This document shows, in pieces, positions 26,679 to 39,614 of a stretch of 64,000 nucleotides of DNA. The first letter of the stretch is position 1. Each line of letters begins with the position of its first letter. Where the stretch lies: contig OZ316775.1 in the NCBI GenBank assembly GCA_973851085.1, forward strand, positions 18,848,001 through 18,912,000, written 5' to 3'. The notes under the pieces were generated by a model. That model was not told where the DNA came from and did no database searches. It saw nothing but the letters and a program-made list of their open reading frames with translations. Both the position numbers and the translations under genes were made by a program. Source of the DNA: Ptychomitrium polyphyllum. Its lineage: Eukaryota.

Positions 26679-29600
26679 TGTCGCGCACCTCTCTTTGAAG
26701 AGTGCCTGCAACACTAAGGGCACAAGGAGGACCCCGGAATGACGTCCGGGACTTGTGGCGCCAATAGTGAGGAGAAATCAAGTGGGCCTAGCATGGGAAG
26801 GACCCCTAGGGGGAGAAACATCCTTGCCCATGTAGACCGAGGGCCACAAGGGATAGATCAAGGACATTGGAGGAATCACAAAGAGCTGATTCTAGAATGC
26901 TAAGGATTGCCCAAATCGGACATGGGAGCTAAAAGTTATGGCATCCCAAAGTTGGGGTTGCCAAGGGGCTGTTCTGGAGTGTGGCAGCCCTACACAGTGA
27001 CTGTGCTGGAGTGGGATAGTCCAGGGAGGGACTCCCCGGGAGTCCCGAACCTTGGGAGAGGCGTATCTCCCACAATACTAACTCAAATTGGACGTTTGAG
27101 GAGTCTATCGGCATCTACGCGAAGAGTAATGACGATAGAGTGGTTGCTCGATACATTCGGGCACCGGATGAGGAAGATATGGCGCCCTCAAGGTCCGCTG
27201 GGAGTCCCGGAGCCTTCCAGCGGCTAAGTCCCAAGGAAGATCGGGTGGTCTTCCAAAACTCTAGGTGTGTCGGGGTTCAGCCAACTCCAAAGGGCCAGGG
27301 GGCCCGCCGAATTCCACAGAGAGTACTATAAGGGAGGGCTGGTCCCCCTCCCCACTCCCCTAGTGTTCCGGTAGAGACCAAGAATGAGTCCCGGTTGGTG
27401 GAGCTAATGTTGGGGCTTCACCACGGGGACTCCCACACCATTGTGAGCCGGTGGACGGCCGGTTTCACAGAGGGAGCTAGCACGTTTAAAAGAGTATGCT
27501 TGTTACCACTAAGTTGGGGTGGTGTCTTCACGCCAGCATTATGATGACCCGGGGTGATCTTAGGATCACATGGGCATCATGAGTGGTGGTGAGGAGACAC
27601 TACTAAGTGCGGTTAGGCCGTGTGGAATGGGAGTAACACCAAGGAGGCCTTGGACATGAATGGAAGTCCGCACCTAACCATTGGCTACTAATAAATTGGG
27701 TGTCCAAAGAGAAATGGTAGAAAGACTTGAAAAGTGAGAATGGGGGTTAACCATGTGCATGTGGAGGTGTACAGGGTTGACGCGCGTAATGCTTGCTAAG
27801 GTGCATTACAAGGGTTGCGACATTTGGTATCAGAGCAGGCTTTAAGTATCTAAGTGCTACGTTGCAAGGAGGCGATGGGTAAGAAGAAAGCCGGTGATGG
27901 CGGTGAGCCCGGGGCCTCTAAACGACCATGCACGAGGGTAAACAAAGACCCTGATCCGATTAATGAGGCTCCATCCTTTGATTCCAATGAGCGAGGGAAT
28001 GACATCGGAGTCACCGTGGAAGTTGAGGAAACTCAACAAGACAAAGCGTTAGAGGGTGGAGAGTACTCAGGAGTTAGGATTCCTGAGCCACCTGAGGGCC
28101 TAGAAAGTCAGGACCCTGACTTGAGTTTTTGCATGAAAATGCTCGAGTTCATGGACGGTGTGAACCAAGAACTCAAGCGTGGCAAAGAAGAAAGGACTCG
28201 TCAAGAGAGGTTGATTGAGCATTTGATGGCACAAGGTTCCAGGTCCTCATCTTCGACCAAGAAGTTGGCCAAGGTGAACATGCCAAGCACTTTTTCTGGG
28301 CTGGGTAAGGCCAGGAAGGTGAAGGAGTTTCTTTTGCAAATGGACAACTATTATGATGTTCAAAGGCCGGAAGAGGTGGAAAAAGTTTCAATTGCGGTGA
28401 CCTTTTTGAAAGACCATGCTCTTCAATGGTGGACAAATAAAAAGCAACAAGAGCCGGAGTTGGTAGCGACTTTGTCTTGGGTCAATTGTAAAGAGATTTT
28501 GAGTGAACACTTCACTTCGAAGTACCAAGAGTTGAGGGAGGGCATGAACTTGGTGCAAATGAGGCACACCAGGTTGCTCAAGACTTATGTGCAAGATTTC
28601 AACGCCCAAATGAATGCCACACTCAAAATGGATGAGTTTTCAAAGAAATGCATCTTTTTAGGTGGACTTCAAAAGTGGGTGGTGGACGCCTTGTTCAAAT
28701 TTCCAAAGCTTCCGGAGGACGTGGCAGGAATCATTAAGATTGCGGAAAGAATTGACGCCGACGGTCCCGAAAGAAAATCAAGTGGTCCCTCTTAATATAG
28801 TGGATTGAGACGAAATGTATCTCGGGGCGGAGAACGTAAGAAATTTGGCTTTGGAAACAAACACAAGGGACAAGTAGATGGAAGGGCCTACAATAAAGTA
28901 GACCATTATGAGAGAAAACCATTCAAATCGGGAGATAAGAGTGCTGAGGTGAAGCACAAGCATTGCCACGGGTGTGGCAAGATTGGTCACTTCATTGCGG
29001 AGTGCCCCGATAAAAAGGTGAGTACCAAAGCTTGTCACACTTGTGTTGTGGATCACATCTTAGAAGGTGGATTTGTGGCCAAGGCTAGTAGCCTTAAGCC
29101 AAGGTTGAGTATCTTATACCTTGAGGCCCAAATAAATGGCAAAAATGTCTCATGTTTGATTGACACAGGGGCAACGCACTCTTTCATGAGTCCCAAGCTA
29201 GCAAGGGAGTTGGGCTTGTCGGCTCAAAGATCTAGCAAGCCCATCAACGTGCGATTTGCAAAAGGCAAACCATACGAGATGAAGAAGGTGGTGTTGGATG
29301 TGGCCTTAAGTAGTGGAACATTGGAGTTGAAGGAAAGCTTTACACTATGTGAGATGGATGAGGTAGACCTCATTTTAGGTGATACCTTTTTCGAAACTCA
29401 TGTGGTGGATGTGAAGCAAAAGCTAGCACGGTTAGTACTGCGCCGTGGTGGAAAGGAGACAATATTGAAGTTGACTAGGACTCCTATGGTTGCTGGAGGC
29501 AAGTTGAACTTAGTCTCTTTAGAACAATTAGAGAATAATCAATTTGTGGTTGTGATGCAAATGGAGCAAGAAGAGGGGAATGGGCCAAGTGCCAAGGAGG

Positions 29601-32600
29601 TTAGGACTATTCCCAAGTGCATTCAAAATGTACTAAGTGGTTACAAGGATGTGCTCACCAATGAGCTGCCCGCAAAGTTACCTCCAAGAAGAGAAGTAGA
29701 TCACAAAATTGAAGTGATACCGGGAACGGAACCCCCTTCTAAGGCTCCATACCGGTTGAACCAAAAAGAGCTAGAGGAATTGAAGAAGCAAATGAATGAC
29801 TTGTTGGAAAGAGGCTATGTTAGGCCAAGTAAGTCACCATATGGAGCACCGGTCCTCTTCGTTGACAAAAAGGATGGCAAGCTCCGCATGTGTGTCGACT
29901 ATAGAGCCTTGAATAAAGCCACCATCAAGAACAACTATCCTTTGCCTCGCATCGATGACCTCTTTGATAGATTGGCGGGAGCTAAATACTTTAGTTGGAT
30001 AGACTTGAAGTCGGGCTACTACCAAATCCGCATTGCGGATGAAGACGTGCCAAAGATCGCATGCCGCACTAGATATGGGTCCTATGAATTTTTGGTGATG
30101 CCATTCGGGTTGTGTAATGCTCCTTCGACGTTCACGACCCTCATGAATACCATCTTTTGAGAAGAGATGGATGACTTTGTCATTGTCTACATTGATGACA
30201 TCTTGGTGTACTCCAAGTCGGCGGAAGAACATGCAAGGCACCTCGAAGTGGTGCTTCAAAAACTTAGGGACCACAACCTTTATGCCAACGGAGAAAAGAG
30301 TGAGTTTGTTCAACTTGAGATTGAGTTCTTGGGCCATATAGTGACGGATGATGGAATCAAGCCGGACATAAGGAAGATAAAGGCAATTAGAGAGTGGAAA
30401 CAACCTTCTACACAAAAGAGGTTGAGATCATTTTCGGCCTAGCAAGTTATTATAGGAGGTTCATACGCAACTTCTCCAAAATTGCTAGACCTTTGACCGA
30501 CTTGTTGAAGAAAGGAGCTAGCCAAGTATGGGATGGATTTTGTCACCAAGCTTTTCAAGAACTCAAGGATAAGTTGTTACAACCGCCGGTATTGAAATTT
30601 CCCGAGTTTGAAAAGCCCTTTGAGGTCCACACGGATGCAAGTGATTTTGCCATTGGCGGAGTGTTCATGCAAGAAAGCATGCCAATTGCCTATGAGAGCA
30701 AGAAGTTGGATGGGTGCCAAAAGAGGTGGCCCACGCACGAGAAAGAACTCTTTGCCGTAGTGCATTGTTTGAAAACATGGCGGCACTACTTGGGCCTACA
30801 TAAAACCAAAGTCTACACGGACAACGTGTCCTTGAAGTACTTTGAGTCGCAAGCACAAATGAGTGCAAAACAATTGAGGTGGCACGACACCTTGGCACTC
30901 ATGAATGTGGATTTGATCCACAAGCCGGGGCGTGACAATGTAGTGCCGGATGCTCTAAGTAGGCGGGAGGAGTTGCAAGCGATGGGCACAACCCAAGTCC
31001 TGCGAGTAATGTACAAGGGAGAAGGCAATTTGGAAAGGAAGATAAGAGAGGGGTACATGAAGGACTCCGAAGCACAAAGGCTTCTCGGCGAGCTTAAGAA
31101 GGGTAAGAAACTTAAAGAAATTAAGTTGGAGAAGGGATTGCTCAAGTACAAACAAAGTCGGGTGTATGTGCTACAAGGAAAATTACGGTTGTTGGTTTTG
31201 AAAGAAGAACATGATAGTCCCATAGCCGGCCATAGAAGGGAAAAAACCACCATTGCAGCGGTGTCAAGAAGGTACTATTGGCCGGGCATGAAAGCGGACA
31301 TCACCGACTTTGTGAAAACTTGTGTGAAGTGCCAACTCAATAGAGCCTCTTACCAAAAGCATGCCGGTCTACTACAACCTTTGCCAATTCCGCCGGGTCC
31401 ATGGCATAGCGTGTCCATGGACTTCATCACAAGTCTTCCAGAATCGCAAGGGCATGATGCCATCTTTGTAATGGTGGATCGCATTAGCAAGTTGGCGCAC
31501 ATGGTGCCAACTAGAGGAACCGTAACTGCACATGAGACCGCAAAGCTATTCCTCGATGCATGGTGGAAACATCACGGGTTGCCGAGAGTGATTGTGTCGG
31601 ACCGAGATCCAAAATTCACTAGTGCTTTTTGGAAACATTTTTTTAGGAAAGTTGGAACCAATTTGACATTTAGCACTGCCTTCCATCTTCAAACGGATGG
31701 GCAAACGGAACGAGTGAATGGAGTCTTGAACCAATACTTGAAGAACTTTGTGAGTGCGGACCAGTGCGATTGGGCGGATTATGTGAACTTAGCGGAGTTC
31801 AGTTACAATGCGGCCAACCATTCGGCGAAAAAGCAGTCGCCATTTAAGGTGGCCTATGGAGCGGAGCCACTCTAGCCTGCCGACTTAGCTCTCGAAGGGG
31901 CACATTCAACACTAGAGTTTAACCAAGATGGTGAGGACTTGGCCAAAAAGCGGGAACAGATGTTGGAAAAGACCAAGCTTTTGTTGGAAAAGGCACAAAA
32001 GCGGTACAAGAAACAAGTCAATGCCGGAAGACGTGAAGTGGAGTATGAAGTAGGCCAAAAGGTATTGTTGAATGTGAAGAACTTTAGCTTGCCCAAAGGC
32101 CTCACTCCAAAGTTCATGTCCAAGTTTGCGGGGCCGTTTTCCATTGTGGAGCGGATGTTTAAAGACGTGTACAAGTTGGAGCTACCACCCAAAATCAAAG
32201 TGCACCCAACATTTCATGTCTCACTTCTTAAGCCATTCAAAAAAGATACCTTGTGGCCCAATCGCAAACAAGTGATTCGGCCACTGCCAGAATTGGTGGG
32301 CAACCACTTGGAATGCAAAGTAGAAGGAATTCTCAAGTGTAGGCACCACAAAAAAGTAGGAAAAGAGTATTTGGTGAAGTGGAGAGGGTACCATGAAAAG
32401 GAAGCAACTTGGGTAGCAGCCAAGGACTTGGGAAATGCCAATGAAGTGGTGGAACGCTTTGAAAGGGATAGGAACTCCAACAAAAGACAACGTCGGCATT
32501 AATGAGAACATCAATCTCTTTTAGTAGGGGGAGAGTGGCTTGTAGTTATAACTTCTTCACATCATGTATTGGTTCCCTGACTTATGGCAATAAAGTTCAT

Positions 32601-34441
32601 TTTTTGTGTGTACAAAGAAAAGAGTATAAGATAACGTCATAGTCTTGTGCTTGTGCTAAGTTGGTAGAAGAGGGGGAATAGACATGTGAAACCAAGTTGG
32701 GAAGGCCGAGTAATAGGGACCAAGGCTTGGAGGAGGAATGGTTAAAACCATGAAACCTCTTAGCCTCGGGCTTGTCCGGGCGAGGACAAGGTAATAAATG
32801 GCGCGTGCTCATAAAAGCGCCACTCCTACAAACTAACAAAAGTTAGTGCATGGGAGTTATGAACCCACGTCTCAATAGAGATAGTGGGATCTAGGTTAGG
32901 CGGAACTTGGCATTTCCCCCCGTGCAATCAAGTTGTGGAATAAAAGCCACCTTGGGTTTGCAACCAAGACAACTTGGTGGAGCATTGAGGTCCAGCCTAG
33001 TCAGAAAGGAAGAGTTAGGGAAGTGTAGCCTAACTAGGGAGTGTATTCCAAGAGGAATTCAAAGTACGTAGGTCTAGAATAATTTAGGGCCCCAAAGATT
33101 TTGGTCTAGGGTGCCTAAATAGACCACTTCCCAAACGACACCTTTGAGACTTTGCCAAAGACTTATGAGTGCATTGTGGGGGTCGCACCCTGGATGAAAC
33201 ACAATGCAGCACCACTAGAGGATGGCAACCTTGGAATTGGTGTGCCGACTATAAGTATAGTCGATGAGGGCATTGACTCCATTTAGGTGGAGGTGAGTGT
33301 TGCGCACCTCTCCTTGAGGAGTGCCGGCAACACTAAGGGCACAAGGAGGACCCCGGAATGACGTCCGGGACTTGTGGCGCCAATAGTGAGGAGAAATCAA
33401 GTGGGCCTAGCATGGGAAGGACCCCTAGGGGGAGAAACATCCTTGCCCATGTAGACCGAGGGCCACAAGGGATAGATCAAGGGCATTGGAGGAATCACAA
33501 AGAGCTGATTCTAGAATGCTAAGGATTGCCCAAATCGGACATGGGAGCTAAAAGTTATGGCATCCCAAAGTTGGGGTTGCCAAGGGGCTGTTCTGGAGTG
33601 TGGCAGCCCTACACAGTGACTGTGCTGGAGTGGGATAGTCCAGGGAGGGACTCCCCGGGAGTCCCGAACCTTGGGAGAGGCGTATCTCCCACAATACTAA
33701 CTCAAATTGGACGTTTGAGGAGTCTATCGGCATCTACGCGAAGAGTAATGACGATAGAGTGGTTGCTCGATACATTCGGGCACCGGATGAGGAAGATATG
33801 GCGCCCTCAAGGTCCGCTGGGAGTCCCGGAGCCTTCCAGCGGCTAAGTCCCAAGGAAGATCGGGTGGTCTTCCAAAACTCTAGGTGTGTCGGGGTTCAGC
33901 CAACTCCAAAGGGCCAGGGGGACCGCCGAATTCCACAGAGAGTACTATAAGGGAGGGCTGGTCCCCCTCCCCACTCCCCTAGTGTTCCGGTAGAGACCAA
34001 GAATGAGTCCCGGTTGGTGGAGCTAATGTTGGGGCTTCACCACGGGGACTCCCACACCATTGTGAGCCGGTGGACGGCCGGTTTCACAGAGGGAGCTAGC
34101 ACGTTTAAAAGAGTATGCTTGTTACCACTAAGTTGGGGTGGTGTCTTCACGCCAGCATTATGATGACCCGGGGTGATCTTAGGATCACATGGGCATCATG
34201 AGTGGTGGTGAGGAGACACTACTAAGTGCGGTTAGGCCGTGTGGAATGGGAGTAACACCAAGGAGGCCTTGGACATGAATGGAAGTCCGCACCTAACCAT
34301 TGGCTACTAATAAATTGGGTGTCCAAAGAGAAATGGTAGAAAGACTTGAAAAGTGAGAATGGGGGTTAACCATGTGCATGTAGGGGTGTACAGGATTGAT
34401 GCGCGTAACGCTTGCTAAGGTGCATTACAAGGGTTGCAACA
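26679..34441 (+). mobile_element. Full-length defective Ty3/gypsy chromovirus, copy 1
   Basis: 1144-bp TG...CA LTRs at 26679-27822 and 33298-34441. tRNA-iMet PBS TGGTATCAGAGC (27825-27836); PPT-like AGGTGGAGGTGAG (33285-33297). Flanks AACTA / TCATC do not match each other. Confidence 0.97.
27875..32502 (+). pseudogene. gag-pol polyprotein (gag, zinc knuckle, protease, RT, RNase H, integrase, chromodomain), disrupted
   Basis: [44 protein letters not shown], chromodomain EYLVKWRGY..EATW. In-frame stops at 28793, 30158 and 31873; frameshift near 30435. Confidence 0.95.
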
Positions 34442-35110
34442 TCATCCTTGCAGCAACTTCCAGAGCAAGTTGGAGAGTTGAAGGCTCTTACAAACTTCTT
34501 CTTAAATGGGTATTCAATTTTGCAGCAATTTTCAAAGTAAATTGGAGAGTTGAAGGCTCTTAGAAACTTGTATTTAAATGGGTGTTTTACCTTGCAGCAA
34601 CTTTCAGAGCAAATTGGGAGGTATAAGGCTCTTACTTCGTTGAGTCTAAACGGGTGTTCATCCTTGGAGCAACTTCTAAAGCAAATTGGGGAGTTGAAGG
34701 CTCTTACGTACTTGGACCTAGATGGGTGGTCATCCTTGCAGCAACTTCTAGAGCAAATTGGGGAGTTGAAGGCTCTTACATCCTTGGACCTATATGGGTG
34801 TTCATTCTTGCAGCAACTTTTGTAGCAAATTGGGGAGTTGAAGGCTCTTATGTCCTTGGACCTATCTAGATGTATATCCTTACCACAACTTTATCGGCAA
34901 GTTGAGGATTTGAAGGACCTTATGGACTTGGATTTTTGTGGTGCTCATTCTTCAAATAACTTCCTTTGCAAATTGGAAAGTTGAGTGCTCTTATGTATTT
35001 GAATCTATATAGATGCTCATCCATGCAGCATTTTCTCCAACAATTTGGAAAATTAATGGCTTATATATATTCATTTATTTAAAGGTGTTTATCTTAGTAG
35101 CAACTTTACT
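34442..35110 (+). pseudogene. Orphaned, decaying 3' LRR tail (~9 repeats) of NLR copy B
   Basis: Starts TCATCCTTGCAGCAACTTCC (SSLQQLP) directly after the LTR. Same 72-bp unit as the NLR arrays, with stops near 34537 and 34823 and progressive degeneration. Confidence 0.9.
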
Positions 35111-38100
35111 AGTACTTTTGGAATTTATAAGTTTTATTTTTTTGAACATAAGATGTTGTTAATTTTGGAATCATCATATAATGAATATTAGTGTATAATA
35201 GTATTATATTTAACAAAAACTAATAGAATAATTTTTCTATTATACAAATGAATTTGTTTAAATGAAGATTTGATTTCTAGGCTATCATATTTAAAGAATT
35301 GGACCTAATAATATTTCAACTTATATTTGTACTAAGTATTTACATTTATATTTATATTTATCTCATTTTGGAATAATAAACATTATATAACAATGTAAAG
35401 TACAAACAACATTGTAGAGAAGAATTTGGTAGTTTGACAAAGTCAAATTTCAAATTTATTTATAAAAACAATCAAAAATCATATTTGGCAATTCCACAAA
35501 ACCTTCTTGTTATTAATTTGAAACATTAGATAATGTGATTGATAGAAGGTGCTATATTCATTCTTTAAGTATTAAAATTGGATGACATATAATAAGATAA
35601 TTACAATCAAATACCAAGGCATTTTGTTTCAAGCTATGTTTTGCAATACTACATTAATCCCAAAATATTATCATTAGTTCCATTCTTGGCATGAATGTGA
35701 TTTGTAATCATCGATGGAAAAATGACTAAGAAGTGCTAGAGTTGTTGGCAATAGTTGATGCTTGATAATAAAAAATATACAATCAAATTTATTTCAACAA
35801 TCTAAATGTAAGCTCATCTTTTCAAAACATTTTAGGCAACAAGTCATTTTTATAGAGGTTTGAAGATACTTAGATATATTGAAATGTATGCCAAAAGATG
35901 TATCTTAAAAATGTATTAATATATAATGATTTTGACCCTTAGAATAGGCCGTCCAAAAGAATGGTCCATCTATACTTTTATGTGCAAATAAGCCGTAAAA
36001 TATTTGAAAACATAAGTAATTTAAATATTTCTTTTGAAAGAACTTGCTCTTATGGGTTTCCAGAAATTCAAATACATGATGTATAGGATAAGTTAATACA
36101 AATTTTTAATCTAAACATTAAAAACAACATACAAATTTTGAACTCATAAAAAAAAAAAAAACGTCTAGAATTTTGGTTGAAAATTTATATCATAATAATG
36201 GACTAGGTATTATGATTTGATTTGAGATAATAGGTCTATTTATTTTTCAAATATATTAAAACCATATACTTTTCAAATATTTTTAAAAACATGTACTTTT
36301 CTAATATTCTCTGAAATACTTTTAAATACGTGCTTTATTCTGTGATTTAAACCAGGATCCCTATGGCCACACAGATGTAATAAAATCCTCAATACAAATA
36401 GAACGTAGACTTGCTAAGCTGTGTTGAACATGATGAAGGCGATGAGGCCCCAAGGATGTGGTCCATTCACAGTGAGTCTTTTAAGGAACTCCCTGGGGGT
36501 CTGCTCGTGTATAATTTCCTTCGTACATGTCTGGAAGTTTTCAGTATAGAAAAAACGAGTGAACAAAACCTCAACTTCGACTACCGGTACTCTGGCTTCT
36601 TCGACAGAAGTGGAAAGCATGCACTAAAAGGGGATTGGAGCTGTGCGTTTTACACGAACCATTTTAACTCAAAACAACTGACCAGAATCCAACACAAACA
36701 AGTTAGGTAGCCCATATAGAACCTAAATAAGCTGCAACGACAAAAACATTCGTTTCTTGTGAACAGAACATCCATATTTGCTTCTGCAAAGAGAGCGAGC
36801 TGAACGCATGAAAAACAATGCGTGTGATTGTTCGGGTAGCGAAGTTGGTTGGCCACAGCACTCGAAAACAGGTCCCGTCCTTCAGTATCAAAGTCAGTCA
36901 ATGAAAATATCCATGTGTTACGAGTGCTGTTGGAATTGCCAATTGCTGTGGTGTTGTCTGGCTTTGCATGTGTTGTGATGCCTGTGCACAAGAGGATGAA
37001 GTATTCAGACTATCAGTAATGCTCATTGTCCTGCTGACTGCCGATCAATGCGGCGTTCATGCTAAGCTATTCATCACGGTCAAACTAAAATACATGACAT
37101 CATTGGCAAGAGTACTCTGAACCCGACGCAAAACTGCACTAACATATTGTGCGCCCTAAGATGTCACTGAGATACACTATAGAAAGTCAGATTTGGAGGT
37201 GGTACCGGCATGCCAATGTACAGCACCGGGGCATTTGTAAGAGGCACGTTGTATTTTGTGCCATGAGGAACACCCTCAGTTGTAGGTAAAACAAGTCGCG
37301 CCTTGATATCCAATTATTGGAAAGATTGAGAATGTCTCGTCCGCTCATCCAGCATTAATATATTCAGTATAGTACGAAACAGCGGTATGATCTTGAAACT
37401 CCACCGTCTAAACGAATCTAGAAACTACATCAGAAGCGGGGGCACACAGACAAGACCATAATCTTCCATTCTGGTTATTTGGTAGAATTTCAAGACTGCT
37501 TGTCAATTATGTGAATTATGTGAAGATTGTTATTTGGTGGCAGATGGAGCCATTTATCAAGAGCTCAGTTGTGCCCGTACGAGATGAGTACCCCAAAGAG
37601 TGAGTCCCTACCGAACAAGATCGTGGGTCTCAAGAAAACACTAGCAAATGTCCAACAACTATAAATAGAACTCAAGGTAGTGTTCACTGCTCGAACTTCC
37701 ACCAACTTTCAATTTGATGCACTTGAATTGGGTATACTTTCTTGTCCATAGTTTCCGTACAGGGAAGGATGTTGTATCGTAATTGTTGTAATGTTTTTCT
37801 AGGCTTGTGTCATGAGTGAACGACTTCCTATATTTCTGAAACGGTGAAATGTTTCTCGAAATCCTGACTAGATTCTTCAGAAATCTTATAATGTGCTCTT
37901 GTTTACTGATCAGACTGCAAAAGAAGTACCTCTGCTGACACTGCTAAGAAAGCTCTGCAGTGGGCAGAGAAGGGGGAGTCGGACTTCTTTGTAGAAACAT
38001 TTGTGCCCTGCCCGGAAGAGCGGCTTTCTTTTGAAGCTCTGCAGCCAATTGTAGGGAACCCTTGCTATCACTATGTCGAGCAATTCGTAGCGTGGCCACG

Positions 38101-39381
38101 GCGATAACTCTGCTCATGCGGTCAGGCATTCTTCTCTCTCTCACCTTTTTTGTTCCTATACTTTTTTCAGTTCATGAGGTGGACCGTGTCTCATGATGAT
38201 GTGGGCAGTAGGGCGAGCCCAGTGTTCGATTAATATTGAGTTCCAGCAGTTCTGGCGCTGTGTTTACCTTTGCAGTTGAAACCATTTTGAGACACGACTT
38301 GCGGCTCTTGGTGCTACAAAATGGCTGGCTGAGCATGATGCCGAGCCTGCACAATGACATGTTTCCGATGAGAATATATACAGCAGCTTTTAAGCATATT
38401 GACCAAAGAGTCTTCACATTACCCACCATCTGAAATTATAACAGTTCTAATAGAAAAATGCCAGAGAGCTGACTAAAACCAACTTGAACGTCAATAACTT
38501 TGGAAGTGCTCCGTCCAGACAACCATACAATCCATTTAAACTGAAACAAATGCATATGCAAACCTGAAGTTACAAATCGAAAAAGAAGACCAAGTACATC
38601 ATTATTTTTCACGCCAAGCAAGCCAGCTAACCAATCCACAAGCATTACCCCATCATGTTATGCGAGCTATTAGATTGAAGAGAAAGATATGAATGTATTA
38701 ACATGCACCTGAAATCCTTTTGGTTGATTTCAAATATACAGGGTAGTAGCCTATTGAGTACTCACAAGAGCTTTGCCGGTGTCACAGAAACAGGGAAACC
38801 TGTTCCTTCGAATCACAATAACAGGAAATGATCATGTGGAAATTACAGTAGTTATGTACAACCCCGAGAAAGCAAAATAGAGTAGGGCTTTCACTACAAA
38901 ATAGGCTTGTGAACGTTGGAGTCACCGTCGTTTGCAAGGCGAGGTATCAAATCCTGAAACGTAAAACTACAGTTCACCAAAGGCCCAAAGTTTTTGAAAC
39001 AGGAATCGCACCTTAGAGCTCCATCGAAAAACAGGGATTCAAAAAATTGTTCCCTCAAAAGATTGCAGAAGATTAGCCTAAAATGTACTTGCAATCAATG
39101 ACATTGATAATCGAGAGCAACCCCATTGAGAAAATAAAATTCATCCCAGAAGGCTTCAGTGCAGAGGAAAGGCCAACTCTAAATAGAAAAGCCACAGCGA
39201 TCGTCTACTGATGAATCGAACTTGTAGGACATCATCACCATCTTCCCAACTCCACAATACCAATTCCGGAGATCAAAGGTGAGGGTTTTGTTCCAACCAA
39301 TTTCCTGGGCACCGCCAAGACACTTCTCAATTGCCCAAGAAACTCATCAGAGTAGCCAGTCAATGTGTGCAGGTAGCGTAC

Positions 39382-39614
39382 CATGAAGCAGAGGTCCGGC
39401 CATAGCGTGATGAAGTAGCGATAGGTGAAGATCGAGTAAGGCTCTGACAACTCCTGGTCAATCAACGCCATGATATCCGGCAGCTGCGTCTCATCTTTGT
39501 ACGAAACGTACTCCATGCGGCCATCACCGCCACTCTTCGTCTCGCCCTCCTCCACCTTCACTCCATCTCTCTCCCCACATCCGCATCCGCTCCCCTTCTC
39601 TCTGCCTCCGCCAT
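39382..39614 (-). pseudogene. NAA30: N-alpha-acetyltransferase 30 (NatC catalytic subunit, MAK3) exon 1; probably a pseudogene
   Basis: MEYVSYKDETQLPDIMALIDQELSEPYSIFTYRYFITLWPDLCFM followed by a GT donor (39381). The upstream ATG at 39614 is out of frame. No intact downstream exons found, only a possible eroded remnant near 38880-38955. Telo-boxes at 39782 and 39961. Confidence 0.8.

Noticed and set aside
26907..27331. ORFs inside the LTRs (MPKSDMGAKS...)
   Set aside because: Recur only because the LTR is repeated; a 1-bp insertion changes the frame in copy 2; no known motif.
28790..28805. Programmed stop read-through between gag and pol
   Set aside because: The TAA lies before the zinc knuckle and, like the other two stops, is one C-to-T change from a sense codon; best read as decay.
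36400..38650. Short ORFs and splice-like signals in the spacer
   Set aside because: No recognisable homology and no coherent gene model could be built.
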